Origin: Prorocentrum cordatum
Lineage: Eukaryota
Assembly (NCBI GenBank): GCA_963575745.1
Contig: CAUYUJ010000225.1
Location: 248,001 to 312,000 of the forward strand
DNA: 64,000 nt
Direction of reading: 5' to 3'
Made by a program: the position numbers and the translations under genes. Below are positions 1-13,464 of this stretch, one piece after another. The first letter of the stretch is position 1, and every line of letters begins with the position of its first letter. The notes under the pieces were generated by a model that saw only the letters and a list, made by a program, of their open reading frames with translations, ran no database searches and was not told the DNA's origin.

Positions 1-1950
1 CGTAACGGGCTGGACCGCCTCGCGCGCGGCATTTCGGACCCCAGAGTTGCGACGATGTCTCGGGCGAAACGCGCTGCGAGGAAGTCTCAGGCGAAACGGG
101 CCGAACCACCTCGAGCGCGGCGTCTCAGAGCTCCGAGTTGCGGGGGCCTCCTGGGGCCTCCTGGGGCCTTCTGGTGACCTCCTGGAGCTTCCTCCTGGGC
201 CTCCTGTGGCCTCCTGGACCCCACCTGGGGCTTCCTGAAGCCTCTTGGGGCTCCCAGGGGGGGATTATCTAACATGTGGCTGTCGGGGCCCCCCAAAATG
301 GGGGGGGGGGGGGGGCACAAAAGAAGGAAAAATCAACGAATCGACACCGGATGCGTATTAATTTGACACGTTCTGATATCCTGGGAGCCTCCTGGGAATC
401 TCCTGCGGACCGGGCCTGTCCTGGGCGTCCTGCGGCCTCCTGAAGCTCTCTGGGGCTGGGGCTCCCAAGGTCCCTGGGGGATATGTAACATGTGGTCTTC
501 TGGGCCCCCAGGCTGGACCACCTCTTGCGCGGCATCTGAGAGCTCAGAGTTGCGAGAATGTCTTGTGCGAAACGGGCCGGACCACCTTGCGCACGGCATC
601 TCAGAGCTCAGAATTGCGAGGATGTCTCAGGCGAGACGGGCCGGACCACCTCGCGCAGGCATCTCGTAGCCCAGACTTGCGAGAATGTCTCCAGCGTAAC
701 GGGCTGGACCACTTCGCGCGGGATCTCGGACCCCAGAGTTGCGACGATGTCTCGGGCGAAACGTGCTGCGAGGAAGTCTCAGGCGAAACGGGCCGGACCA
801 CCTCGAGCGCGGCGTCTCAGAGCTCCGAGTTGCGGGGGCCTCCTGGGGCCTCCTGAGGCCTCCTGGTGACCTCCTGGGGCTTCCTCCTGGGCCTCCTGTG
901 GCCTCCTGGACCCCACCTGGGGCTTCCTGAAGCCTCTTGAGGCTCCCAGGGGGGGATCTAACGTGTGGCCGTCGGGGCCCCCCAAAATGGGGGCTCAGAA
1001 ATGCGAGAATGTCTTGTGCGAAACGGGCCGGACCACTTTGCGCACGGCATCTCAGAGCTCAGAGTTTCGAGGATGTTTCAGGCGAAACGGGCCAGACCAC
1101 CTCGCGCGCGGCATCTCAGAGCTCAGAGTTTCGAGGGCGTCTCAGACGACACGGGCCGGACCACCTCTCGCGCGGCATCTCCGAGGTCAGAGTTGCGAGG
1201 ATGTCGCAAGCGAAATGGGCTGGACCACCTCTTGCGCGGCATCTGGGAGCTCAGAGTTTCGAAGATTTCTCAGGCGAAACGGGCCAGACCACCTCGCGCG
1301 CGGCATCTCAGAGCTCAGAGTTTCGAGGACGTCTCAGACGACACGGGCCGGACCACCTCTCGCGCGGCATCTCGGAATGCAAAAGTGCGAGGATGTCTCA
1401 AGTGAAACGGGCCAGACCACCTCTTGGGCGGCATCTCGGGGCTCAGAGTTTGGAGGATGTCTCCAGCGAAACGAACCAGACCACCTCTCGCGCGGCATCA
1501 GAGAGCGCAGAGTTGCGAGGATGTCTCAAGCAAAACGGGCGTGACCACCTCACGCACGGCATATCAGGGCTCAGAGTTTGGAGGATGTCTCAGACGAAAC
1601 GGGCCGGACCACCTCTTGCGCGGCATATCGGAGCCCAAGAGTTTCGAGGATGTCTCAGGGCGAAACGGGGCCGAAACAACCTCCAAGCGTCATCTCGGAG
1701 GAGCCCAGAGTCCCGAGATGTCTCAAGCGAATCAGGCGAAACGGGCCGGACCACCTCTCGCACGGCACCTCGGGGCTCAGAGTTTCGAGGATGTCTCAAG
1801 CGAAACAGCCTGGACCACCTCTCGCGCGGCGTCCCAAAGCGCAACTTTTCGAGAATGTCTCAGGCGAAACGGCCAATCCCGGCCAACTCAGAAACGAGAG
1901 TTGTGAGGATGTCTCAAGCGAAACGGCCCGGACCATCAGATTTTTGTGAG
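1..1950. repeat. Degenerate ~64-bp satellite (GAGCTCAGAGTTTCGAGGATGTCTCAGGCGAAACGGGCCGGACCACCTC...) including a ~694-bp higher-order duplication (1-300 versus 695-990)
   Basis: Directly visible tandem units, e.g. starting at 1055 and 1119. Confidence 0.85.
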
Positions 1951-3469
1951 GATGTCTCTGCTCCGACTTCCCTCGACCGGAGTTAGCTTCCATCACAACA
2001 GCACCCCGTTCAGCAAACTGTTTGGGGAAAAACCATACAATATGCACCTCGCGGCTAAATCTGGATCATCCGCGGCCATCCCGCGATCACTGTCAAGTGG
2101 TTTTTGACAGGGACGGCGGGGGTGGTGGCGCGTGGCCTGCTGTGCGCAGGCCCGGCAGACACAATGATGGGCATCGGTTTTCGACAAGGATGGCGGGGGC
2201 CGACATGTTTCCCGATGTGTGCTGTCACGTGTGCAGGCGCACCTGACGCACTATGCACGTGCTCCGAACGCGGCGCACCTGGCGCGGCTGGAGTGTGCGG
2301 CACACCTGGCGCACTCGGAGCACGTGGTGCATCTGGCGCACCAGGAGTGCCTGGCACGCTCGGGCCCCTGGGGTGCCTGGCGCGCGTGGCGCCCCTGACC
2401 CGCGTGGCGCACCTCGCCCAAACGTCGCTCACCTGGGGTCGGCTTCGGTTCCCAGCAGCTGCCCGTCCAAAGACGACCGCTGAACATGCTCAGGCTCGGG
2501 TGTTACTTGTGTGTAGTGAGGGCGAGTGGGAGTGAGCTGGACGGCTTGCGGGCGGGTGGGTGTCTTGACCCCTTCCCCTACCCTCTCCCCTGGACCTGGA
2601 CGGGATGGGTCGCGGCCGAATGGGGCGTCCAAGATGGATCAAGATTGGCTCCAGGAGGGCCACTGAGGAGCGCACAAATGACATTCAAATATTGCTCCAG
2701 ATAGCTCAAGATGGGCAATCTAGCCTCCGATACACATCCGAGCGACCTCAAGACGGGCCCCAAGACGGCTTCAAGTGCTCTTTCGAGCCCTCCACGGACC
2801 TCCCAGGGTCTCTAGCTGCTATAATGCTCCAACATATTATTCTGCAGTGTTTGCGTTTCCCCTTTTTTTTTTTTCGATGGCTTTTGAAGCCTCCGCATGG
2901 CCCCCAAATGGCCCAAGACAGCCCCAAGGGAAGGGCCCATGAGGGCCCAAGGGGGCCCAAAAAACGCCTAAAGAGGCGCCCAAAGGGATCCAAAACTATA
3001 TGCTTGAGCCTCCACGGGGGGGGGGGGAATCCAGGATCCCTTTCTTTGGGAGCGATGGGGCCCGAGACGGCTCCAAGAGACCTCCCAGCCCACCCCAGAC
3101 AACCCCAAGAGGGCCCCAAAAGGACCCCGAGAGAGCCCCAAGAAGGCCCCAAGAGGGCCTCAAGAGTGCCCGAAGTGGCTCCGCGAGGACCCCAAAGGAA
3201 CCCCAAGGTCGCTCCAAGAGAACTCAGAGAAAACGCTCCCACGGCGGTTATTACAGTGCACTCTTCTACACTTCCCTGATCAAAGCAAAACTCGCTTGGC
3301 GATCTGATTCTGGATGGGCTGGTGGGGTACTTTTTGGCACGCGGGCTTTCGAAGAAGGTCGAAAAGGCGCGACAAGCTAGGCGGGCCCCGCGCCGAAGCC
3401 ATAGGGGAAAACAGAACGGAAGCAACGCCCGGCTCAGGACGCGGGCTCAAAGCTGGTTGCGATATTTTA

Positions 3470-4310
3470 TCTAACAGCTTTTCTGATAGGTTTCTTGTGG
3501 TGTCAAAAGAGAGCAGCAAATGACTCCACAGGGGGGTCCGGGCGGGACCCGGGGCGGCTGCCGTCGAAGCCCAAATCGCTTGGGACATCCTCGCAAAATC
3601 GCTCTTGGCGCTGCTAGAACTCCATTCCCGGGCCACATTTTGGATGCCCGGAGCCAACTGTAGGCCACTTCGTGCTCTTCGACTTCCCAGAACTCCATTC
3701 CCGGGCCACATTTGGATGCCCGAGCCAATGTAGGCCACTTCGTGTTCTTCGTGTTCCCAGAACACAATTCCCAGGCCACATTTTGAATGCCCAGAGCCAA
3801 CTGTAGGCCACTTCGTGTTCTTCGTGTTCCCAGAACACCTTCCCGGGACACATTTTGAAACCCCGGAGCCAACTGTAAGCCACTTTTCGTGCTCTTCGAG
3901 TGCCAGAACTCCCACTCCCGGGCCACAGTTGATGCTGATTGCAGAGGCTGAGAATGGTGATGGCTGATTGCTGAGGCGAGGTGAGGCAGGCAGAGGGCGG
4001 CGATGACGGGAGGCAGGGACGGAGTCTGAGGCCGAGGCCTGAAGGCAGGCTGAAGGGCAGACGCTGAGGCAGCTGAGGCTGAGGCAGGCTGAGGTGAGGC
4101 TGAGGCTGAGGCAGGCTGGGATGACGCGGCTGAGGCAGGCTGAGGCTGTGACTGCGACTGCCGCTGCCGCTGCGACTGTCATCGCGAATGCGACTGCGAC
4201 TGCGAGAACAGCAGAACTCTACAACTGGATTTTCATCTGAATCTTAAGGGGAATGCTTCCATATATGCTTCTACACATCGCTGTTAGGTTGCTTTGCCGG
4301 GATGATTTTG
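3470..4310. mobile_element. Composite non-autonomous repeat, copy 1 (unique head + 73-bp array + (GCTGAG)n + unique tail)
   Basis: Head CTAACAGCTT..GATAGGTTTC and a ~160-bp tail ending GCTTTGCCGGGAT are shared with 5254-6852. Confidence 0.7.
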
Positions 4311-5070
4311 TCGCAACCGCAGGCAAAGGCGCCGGCGTCGTCACAGGTCGGCTCGGGCTGCGAGCAGAACTAAGTGCTTACCGCGCGCAAGCAACTGCTA
4401 AACCTACTGCCGGGGGCAGCTGGGCTGCGCCGAGGGCAGAGGCTGCAAGAGCTGCCGGGGGCTGCCAGGTGGCTGTGCAGGCGTACTGGCACCCCAGTGA
4501 CGAAACCACCGAGATGGATGAATTGGACCTTGTCGCATCCAGGCGCCTGAAGTCGCTGGTGGCAATATTTTTTAAATCTGCGGCCCCAAGGAAGAGTCCA
4601 GAGGGCGGGTCAATCGGGCTGACTGGGGCGCAGAGCCAGATAATTTGCGAACCCAGCCGTCGCTGTCGACAGCCGACCGCACATGCAAGCATGCCGAGCA
4701 AATTCGACGAGACGCATCTTAGCGTCGACCGGGGGGGACGGGCGCGGGAAGAGAGCGACCCAGAGGGCGGGTCAAACGGGTTGACTGGGGCACAGAGCCA
4801 GATAGCCAGATAATTTGCGAACCCAGCTGTCACTGTCGACAGCCGACCGCACATGCAAGCATGTCGAGAAAAAATCAAGGAGGGCCGACGACGGACAGCG
4901 GGGCGTCAAGAATTTTGGAGACTTGGGAATGGGCACCAACACCAAGACAAGGGCTTGCCTCCACCAGGGGAAGCCGGTCGTAGTTTTCGGTGTTGGTGGC
5001 TATAGAAAACCCGAGTGCTGCCACCATCACCGAAATCCAAATCATTAATCCTCGGTGAATAGAAAAATAA

Positions 5071-5250
5071 AAAACCGGCATAAACATCAACTGTTGGCGC
5101 TCGGCGTGGATTTCTTGGATCTGCGCTGGACCCCCCTCCCTGGCGCGAGGAGCGCGCCGGGGCGGCGCTGGAGGCGCCGCGGGGGGGGGAAGGCAGCACG
5201 GATCCAAGAAATCCGTGCGGAGCGCCACAAGTTTATGTTTATGGCGTTTT
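5071..5250. mobile_element. MITE-like element, family A (~45-bp imperfect TIRs)
   Basis: CATAAACATCAACTGTTGGCGCTC..GGATTTCTTGGATC / GATCCAAGAAATCC..GAGCGCCACAAGTTTATGTTTATG. Related copy at 58271-58450 and degenerate copies near 7880 and 26860. Confidence 0.7.
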
Positions 5251-5253
5251 TAC

Positions 5254-6852
5254 CTAACAGCTTTTGCTGATAGGTTTCTAGTGGGGTCAAAAGAGAGCAG
5301 CAGATGACTCCACAGGGGGGTCGGGGCGGCATCCGGGGAGCTGTGTCCGAACTCGTGTCCGAACTCGTTCTTCGCAAACAGTCACACACTTCGTGCTCTT
5401 CGACCTCCGACCTCCCAGAACTCCATTCCCGGGCCACATTTTGAATGCCCGGAGCCAACTGTAGGCCACTTCGTGCTCTTCGACTTCCCAGAACTCGAAT
5501 TCCCGGGCCACATTTTGAATGCCCGGAGCCAACTGTAGGCCACTTCGTGCTCTTCGAGTTCCCAGAACTCCATTCCCGGGCCACATTGTGAATGCCCGGA
5601 ACCAACTGTAGGCCACTTCGTGCTCTTCGAGTTCCCAGAACTCCACTCCCGGGCCACATTTTGAATGCCCGGAGCCAACTGTAGGCCACTTCGTGCTCTT
5701 CGAGTTCCCAGAACTCCATTCCCGGGCCACATTTTGAATGCCCGGAGCCAACTGTAGGCCACTTCGTGGTCTTCGAGTTCCCAGAACTCCATTCCGGGGC
5801 CACATTTTGAATGCTGAGGCAGGCTGATGCTGAGGCTGAGGCAAGCTGAGGCTGAGGCAGGCTGAGGCTGAGGCCGAGGCTGAAGGCAGACTGAGGCTGA
5901 GGCTGAAGCAGGCTGAGGCTGAGGCTGAGGCTGGCTGAGGTTGAGGCTGAGGCTGAGGCTGATGCAGGCTGAGGCTGAGTCTGAGGCTGATGCAGGCTGA
6001 GGCTGAGGCAGGCTGAGGCTGAGGCCGAGGCTGAAGGCAGACTGAGGCTGAGGCTGAAGCAGGCTGAGGCTGAGGCTGAGGCAGGCTGAGGCTGAGGCAG
6101 GCTGAGGCTGAGGCTGAGGCTGATGCAGGCTGAGGCTGAGGCAGGCTGAGGCTGAGGCCGAGGCTGAAGGCGACTGAGGCTGAGGCTGAAGCAGGCTGAG
6201 GCTGAGGCAGAGGCAGGCTGAGGCTGAGGCTGATGCAGGCTGATGCTGAGGCAGGCTGAGGCTGAGGCTGAGGCTGAGGCTGAGGCTGAGGCTGAGGCTG
6301 ATGCAGGCTGAGGCTGAGGCAGGCTGAGGCTGAGGCCGAGGCTGAAGGCAGACTGAGGCTGATGCTGAGGCAGGCTGAGGCTGGGGCTGAGGCTGAGGCA
6401 GGCTGAGGCTGAGGCTGAGGCAAGCTGATGCTGAGGCAGGCTGCGGCTGAGGCTGATGCTGAGGCAGGCTGAGGCTGAGGCAGGCTGAGGCTGAGGCCGA
6501 GGCTGAAGGCAGGCTGAGGCTGAGGCTGAGGCAGGACCCATGGCTAGGAGGACAGGCTGAGGCTGAGGCAGGCTGAGGCTGAGGCCGAGGATGAAGGCAG
6601 ACTGAGGCTGAGGCTGAAGCAGGCTGAGGCTGAGGCTGAGGCAGGCTGAGGCTGAGGCTGAGGCAGGCTGATACTGAGGCAGGCTGAGGCTGTGACTGCG
6701 ACAGCCGCTGCCACTGCGACTGTCATCGCGAATGCGACTGCGACTGCGAGAACAGCAGAACTCTACAACTGGATTCTCATCTGAATCTTAAGGGGAATGC
6801 TTCCATATATGCTTCTACACATCGCTGTTAGGTTGCTTTGCCGGGATAATTT
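5254..6852. mobile_element. Composite non-autonomous repeat, copy 2, with expanded arrays
   Basis: About six 73-bp units (5390-5815) and ~870 bp of (GCTGAG)n variants, with the same head and tail as copy 1. Confidence 0.7.
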
Positions 6853-7703
6853 CTTCTTCGAGTGAAGACACACCGTCGACATTGGCGCTGGTGCGAAGCT
6901 CTATAGGCCTCCGAGGAATCGGGCCCCCGGGCCTCTCGTGGCTCCTGGCGAGCGTCGCCATGGAGGATGAGGAGGTCTTCCTCCGCCCTTCCCGACCTGT
7001 GGCAGTGTTGGTTCAGAATGGGCCCCCGAGAATTGGGCCCCGGGCCTCTCGTTGTTCCTGGCGAGCTTCGCCATGTTGGCCCTCGCCCGCAACTCCTGGG
7101 CGTCGTGGGGCCCGAGGCCCGCGCCGGGCCGCTGGGGCCTGCGGCTCCTCGGGCGGGGGGAGGCCATCCGCGTGAGCACGCGGCGCGGCTGTGCTCTCCA
7201 GGGGAGGGCCGGTGCACAGCTGCGGAGGCTATGCTGCGGGAGCTGTGCGTCAAACGCCTGATTCGATGAATGTGTATACATACATGTATATGTGTATGTA
7301 TGTATGTATATATATATATATATGTATATGTATATATATATATATGTACATATATATATGTATATATATATGTATCGCACACTCGAGCCTGCAGGGAGAG
7401 GGAATGAGGAAGGGCAGGGCGACGCAGGCGCTAGAGGTGTGGGCGCGAGTTGTCGGACCCAGAGGAGGGCTCCCGTTCGAGCGGGGGGCCCCATCCGACA
7501 ACACACGCACACACACGCACACCCGCACACACACGCACACACGTCCAGGCGCACACACGCACACGAACACGCACGCACGCACGCACGTTCACGCACACGC
7601 ACACACGCGCACACGCACACACGCCCGCCCGCCCGCCCGCCCGCCCGCCCGCACGCACACACGCCCACACGCACACACGCACACACACACACACACACAC
7701 ACA

Positions 7704-7760
<57 letters not shown>

Positions 7761-8087
7761 ATAGCCCCACCCCAGCATTCCACCCCGAGAAATCAGGGGG
7801 TCGCATAGGTATGGGCGCTGGCTCGTGATGCTCAACGACAATGTGAAACTTTTCCTGCAGCATTCATGTGCACGCGCTTCCAAAACTGTCGGAATTACGC
7901 GCGGGTTTCTTGGATCGGCGTTGCAGCCCGCTCCCTGCGCCGGATGCGCCGCCGGGAGGGTCCAGCGCTGATGCGAAAACATCCTGTGGTGTTGGGCCCT
8001 CCATTTGAAGAAACAACGACCCACGTTCTTCACATCCCGCCCTTCCCTCCCGCTGCCCTCCTCCCTCCTCCCATCCCTACTACTTCA

Positions 8088-9090
8088 GGAGCTCCACCGA
8101 AGGCCCCAGTGACACAGTCTTTACGGTGGCGCCGCACCCATTCCGGCACACCCCTCACACGTTTCGTGGCCACACAGGGAGCTACACCGAAAGCCTCAGT
8201 GGCACAGTCCGCATGGCGGCGCCACAACCATGTCGGCACACCCCTCACACGTGTTGTGGCCACACAGGGAGCTTCACCGAAGGCCCCAGTGACACAGTCT
8301 GCACGGTGGTGCCGGACCCATGTCGGCACACCCCTCACACGTTTCGCGGCCACACAGGGAGCTACACCGAAGGACCTAGTGGCACAGTCCGCGTGGCGCC
8401 GATGCAACCATGTCGGCACACTCCTCACATGTTTCGTAGCCCCATAGGGAGCTCCACCGAAGGCCCTGTCTGTAGTGGCACAGTCCGCATGGCGGCGCCG
8501 CACCCATGTCGGCACACTCCTGACACGCTTTGTGGCCCCATAGGGAGCTCCACCGAAGGCTCCAGTGACACAGTCAGCGTGGCGGCGATGCAACAATTTC
8601 GGCGCACCCCTCAGACGCTTCGTGACCCCATAAGGAGCTACACCGAAGGTCCTAGTGGCACAGTCCGCGTGGCGGCGATGCAACCATGCCGGCACACCCC
8701 TCACACGCTTCGTGGCCCCATAGGGAGCTACACCGAAGGACCTAGTGGCACAGTCCGCATGGAGGCGATGCAACCATGTCGGCACACCGCTCACACGTTT
8801 CGTGGCCACACAGGGATACACCGAAAGCCCCAATGGCACAGTCCGCGTGACGGCGACGCAACCATGTCGGCACACCCCTCACACGTTTCGTAGCCCCACA
8901 AGGAGCTCCACCGAAGGTCCTAGTGGCACAGTACGCATGGCGGCGCCACAACCATGTCAGCACACCGCTCACATGTTTCGTGGCCCCATAGGGAGCTACA
9001 CCGAAGGCCCTGTCTGTAGTCGCACCGTCCGCATGGCGGCGCCGCACCCATGTCGGTACACCCCTCAGACGCTTCGTGGCCCCCTAGGGG
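8088..9090. repeat. 90-bp minisatellite, ~11 units, running into the assembly gap
   Basis: GCT(A/C/T)CACCGAA at 8091, 8181, 8271, 8361, 8451 and onward. Confidence 0.9.
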
Positions 9091-9190
9091 NNNNNNNNNN
9101 NNNNNNNNNNNNNNNNNNNNNNNNNNNNNNNNNNNNNNNNNNNNNNNNNNNNNNNNNNNNNNNNNNNNNNNNNNNNNNNNNNNNNNNNNN
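9091..9190. other. Assembly gap (100 N)
   Basis: Run of N. Confidence 1.
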
Positions 9191-9753
9191 CTCCTCCTCC
9201 TCCTCCTCCTCCCCCCAATCCTCCTCCTCCCCCCAATCCTCCTCCTCCTCCTCCTCCTCTCCGGCCCCAGGCCCATCCCGCGGTGCGTTCTGGCCAGGAT
9301 CTCGAGGCGGAGCCAGCCGCGGCGGCGAGGGCGTTCCGGGCGGCACGCAGAGGTGGCCCTCGAGCCTCGAAGTCAATTCGAGCCTCGAGGTTCGAGAAGC
9401 TTCGAGCCTCGAGCCTCGAGGTGAGCCCTCGAACCTCGAAGTAAGCCCTCGAACCTTCGAGCCTCGAAGAATGGCAAAGAGCTGAGCTTGGGGCCTCGAA
9501 GGAAGTTCGGCCCTCGAAGTTCGGGGGTGCCAGCGCCGACTTCCCTCGCCCCCCACCCCCCGGTCCTCGGCGGCGAGCCCAGGGGGGAAGTGAGACGGGG
9601 CGGGCCTTCGCAGGAGGGCCAGAAGGCCCCGAGCCTTCTGAGAAGGGTTCTGAGCAGTCAGTCCCCGAAGGTACAGAAACTTCTCAGAAGCCTGGAGGGC
9701 TTCTGAGAAGCCTCGCCGCCTTCTGAGAACGCCTGCCCTGGACGGTGGCGATA

Positions 9754-9938
9754 CACGCCGGTCGGAAGAAGTGGGTAGAAACATGAAGTAGGAAGGCGTT
9801 GGAAGTAGACTGGACTTCCGCCCGCCCTCTGAAGAGGAGGAAAGAAGGAAAACCGCTCGACTCTTGAAGTAGGAAGGCGCCTAAAACAGACTAGGTATTT
9901 TGGGCATCCCAGAATACCTACTCTCAACGACCGGCGTG
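9754..9938. mobile_element. MITE family B, copy 1 (CACGCCGGTCG TIR, flanked by TA)
   Basis: TA-CACGCCGGTCG...CGACCGGCGTG-TA. Confidence 0.75.
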
Positions 9939-10076
9939 TACCACTGCTCCACGAGCCTCTCCAAAGGGTACGGTCTGACGAGCACTTCTGGGCGAGGCTC
10001 CAGCGCCGGTGATGAGGGCATCCCAGGATCCCCCAAGAGGGCGGAGACTGGGCAAAGGTACTTCGCGGTATCGGTA

Positions 10077-10258
10077 CACGCCGGTCGGAAGGAGTAGGTA
10101 GAAGCATGAAGTAGGAAGGCGGATGTAGTGGATTTGGGTGCAGGCCCCCAGAGAATCACAAAGCCCAGCAAAAGCGTATCGACTCTTGATGTGGGAAGGC
10201 GCTTGAGGTAGATTGGGATCTGGGAATCCAGAAATACCTGCTTTCAACGACTGGCGTG
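10077..10258. mobile_element. MITE family B, copy 2
   Basis: TA-CACGCCGGTCG...CGACTGGCGTG-TA, with internal similarity to copy 1. Confidence 0.75.
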
Positions 10259-12399
10259 TACTTCCCCTCTTCTGATGCCCCCTCCTGGCGTTTCCGAAAA
10301 AGACGCCCAAGTACAACGCCTAGAAGATGGCGCAATTGCCGCAAGAGCGCCCCCCGCGCCCCCGATTTCAGTGTCCATCGAAGGGGGCAGGCCGCTGTTT
10401 GCAAATGTGGGCGTTTTTTCTTCTGCGAAGCGACGCGCGCCCCCCCGCGTTGACCGCCCCGAACTTTGAAACCTGGGCCGCGGGGGTTGGGCCCGCTTCA
10501 ACGCGCATTCGAGAGGGGCGTTTTTGAAGGGGCCCTGGGACACACACAAATAAACACACACAAATAAAAAAGATTCCCCATCTTTTCCTATAGTTTCTGG
10601 GTTTCCGTCGTCCCCCCCACCTCCCCTATCTTCCCATCTTTTCTGGGGAATGGAGGATTAATTGTGTCTGCGTGTTTCTTTCCCTCCTGAGCTTTCTATC
10701 CGAAAACCACGGCCTCCCTCCTCCCCCCGGGCGCGCCCGCCGGCATCCACCAAGAGGCAGGCCGCGGGCGCCGGTCCTGCACCGAGGCACACACGCCGAG
10801 GTGCTCCCGCGCCGGCTTGGGCCCGTCGGGGCGCACGTCGCAGGCCATGCCGATGGGGTTGCGCCAGTCGGTCATGGCCTTGACCTCTCGGGGCCGCGGG
10901 CTCGATGGGGGGCCGATATAGGAGGCAAACAGTCCACCCCCTGAATAGCCACCCCGACAAGCGAAGCAATCTAGTCAACGCACCCAAGGAAGGAATCGCA
11001 CAGGGCAGGGCTGTGTAGTAAACCCCACCCTCCCCTTCCGAAATGGTGGGGAGCAGGGGTAGGGTTCGCATGTGGCCCCTTATTCGTGAAAACGACCTCG
11101 GGCCCAAACCTGGCAGGCGCAAGCCTGGAAAATGACGGCCGCGGCGCCATCTCGAGAACCGAAAACGGACAATTCACTAATCGACGTGTCAGGGTGGGGG
11201 TTCTGTCCACCCCCGACCTCTGTGGGGCGCACAGAGACATGCTAATACTGCATGTCCTCCTTGGAGTCGCGCGTCCGACCCGAACATATAGTGCACCCAG
11301 ATTATAGTATATCGTTGCCCCAGCGGCGTGGCCAGAAAGCGCCCGCCACGCATGTACTACAAGATTTCTCGGTGCGCGCGTCGCCCCTGGGGGGGGAATG
11401 CCTCCACCCTTCGGCTGCGCGCGAAAGTGTGACCCTGTGGGCTTGTTCGGAGCATCGCTGCCGTGCCAGTGCAGCACATGACGTGCGATAGTTCCCCGCA
11501 TGGTCTGCTGCGAGATTGCACGTGTACGTGCATGCATGTTTTTTGCGCTTCCGCAGCCGCCGACGCTCGAAACTAGTAGGGACACTTCTCCCATTAACGA
11601 AAGTCAGGCAGTATTGAAAAAATCGCGCGCCTCCACAGCTTGAGAGTTCTTTGCTTTCATCGTGCGCGGCTCTTTTGCGGCCGCGGGGGGACCAGACACG
11701 AGCGCGCAAGACACCACAGCCGCCTCGCGCTCGGCGATCGTGAGACCCCGGTGTGGGCCCGCACCAGAGGTCACTCCTGCGAAGGGTCACTCTTACGTGT
11801 AGTCGAACCCTGAACCTATCCCTCCGCAACGTTGCCCCTGAAGGCTCGCGGCGCCCGTCCCGGCCGCTCCTCTGCGGCCGGGGCCGATTGCAGAGGACAC
11901 CCGAGAGGACCCAGCTCCCCCGACCGCTCGCGATATTGACCTTTGTCAACCGGCGTCGTTTTCTCGATTGCGGCCCTCGGGGGCCCGCTGTCGGGGCCCT
12001 GGGGCCATCGAAGACGAATCCGGGATGAAAAACTGCCCCCCTGGAAGCAGTCGGGATTTCTGGGGCCACGGATTGGACGGCAAATCATATCGGCGGGTGT
12101 CAGGGGTCAGAGGACACCCAGGCGCTACTGGGGTGTTTCGCGTGGGCCTCTGGAACGGTGGCCCCATCGAACAGGGCCCAGAAAGGAGCGAAGAGAGCTC
12201 CGAGAAGCTGCCAGAAGGGTCCAAGATGGCCTCGAAAACGGCCCAAAGCTTTCGAGACGCCTCAAGAGAGGCGCAGGAGTCCTCCCAATGGGGGCCCCGA
12301 GAGGCCATCATCATAGCGGAGACAGCCACGGGAAAGCACGGCGGATATCGACATCCCACAGGAGCTTGACAAAGAGGGCGGGACCCCCCGCCCTTCTTC

Positions 12400-12590
12400 G
12401 GGGACTCACTGACCCAGGTCAATGCAAACCCGGGTCAGTCAGGCCTTGCAAAATCCTGTAAAATCTGGCAGGATCCTGCAGGGTCCTGCACTCAAGCCCG
12501 GGTCAACGCGCCCCTGGCCCTGCAGGATCCTGCAAGATCCGGCGCCCTGACGGACCCCCGTTTGCATTGACCCCCGTCTCCTGAGCCCCG
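12400..12590. mobile_element. MITE-like inverted-repeat element
   Basis: GGTCAATGCAAAC ... GTTTGCATTGACC with extended imperfect arms. Confidence 0.55.
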
Positions 12591-13177
12591 CCCTTCTCAC
12601 AAAACTGGGAGATCCCCAAACCGCGCGATGACAGACCGTGCGGTGACCTCGGAACCCCCAGAGACCCCACCGCACGGTCCGTCACCGCACGGTCTTGGGA
12701 CCCTGGAGGCTCTCGTCGCCCGAGACGTCCTCGGAGAGGGACTCGAGTCCCAAAGCCGTGCGGTGACCCCGAATCCCCACCGACTCACCACACGGCGTGG
12801 TCACCACCCAAGAGATCCGACGTCGTGATTTTTTCAATACGGGGTCCTCGGAGGTCTCGACCCTTTCGCCTAAGACCAGTTTTTCATCCTGATTTTGACG
12901 GCCCCGGGGCCCGGCGAGGGCCTCTCGAGGCCGAAAACCACGAAAAACCGTCGTCCTGATTTTTTCAACCGAAAACCACGAAAAACCTCCATCCCGATTT
13001 TTTCAATACGTCGGATCTCTGGGACACCGTCTGGGGGCCTCCGAAAAATCGCCACGGAGCGCCGCGGATCCGGAGCCGGGGGAGGGCGGGCGGCACGGCG
13101 GCCGGGCCGCCCGCGCCCGGTGTTTGGTCGGGCATGCCCTCCTACAGGCAGATTTTGGGCGAAAAACAAATCAGTCA

Positions 13178-13223
13178 ACACACACACGCATACACGCACA
13201 CACACACACACGCACGCACGCAC

Positions 13224-13291
<68 letters not shown>

Positions 13292-13323
13292 CCGCACACA
13301 CACACACACACACGCGCGCACAC

Positions 13324-13361
<38 letters not shown>

Positions 13362-13428
13362 GCACACACACACACACACGCGCACACACATAGGCATAGA
13401 CATAGACATAGATATAGAGATATGTCTC

Positions 13429-13463
<35 letters not shown>
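13178..13463. repeat. (CA)n and (TA)n microsatellite; similar tract at 7498-7760
   Basis: Direct reading. Confidence 0.95.

Positions 13464-13464
<1 letters not shown>

Noticed and set aside
5087..6541. Long ORFs over (GCTGAG)n, (CATA)n, (CA)n and (GAG)n tracts, e.g. 5087-6541, 14209-15014 and 31265-33250
   Set aside because: They are stop-free only because of simple-repeat composition, and are open in several frames on both strands.
8088..9090. CRISPR-like array (also considered for 960-1950, 5390-5815 and 63255-63916)
   Set aside because: Whole units are homologous with no unique spacers, or spacing is irregular. No cas genes are present and the context is eukaryotic.
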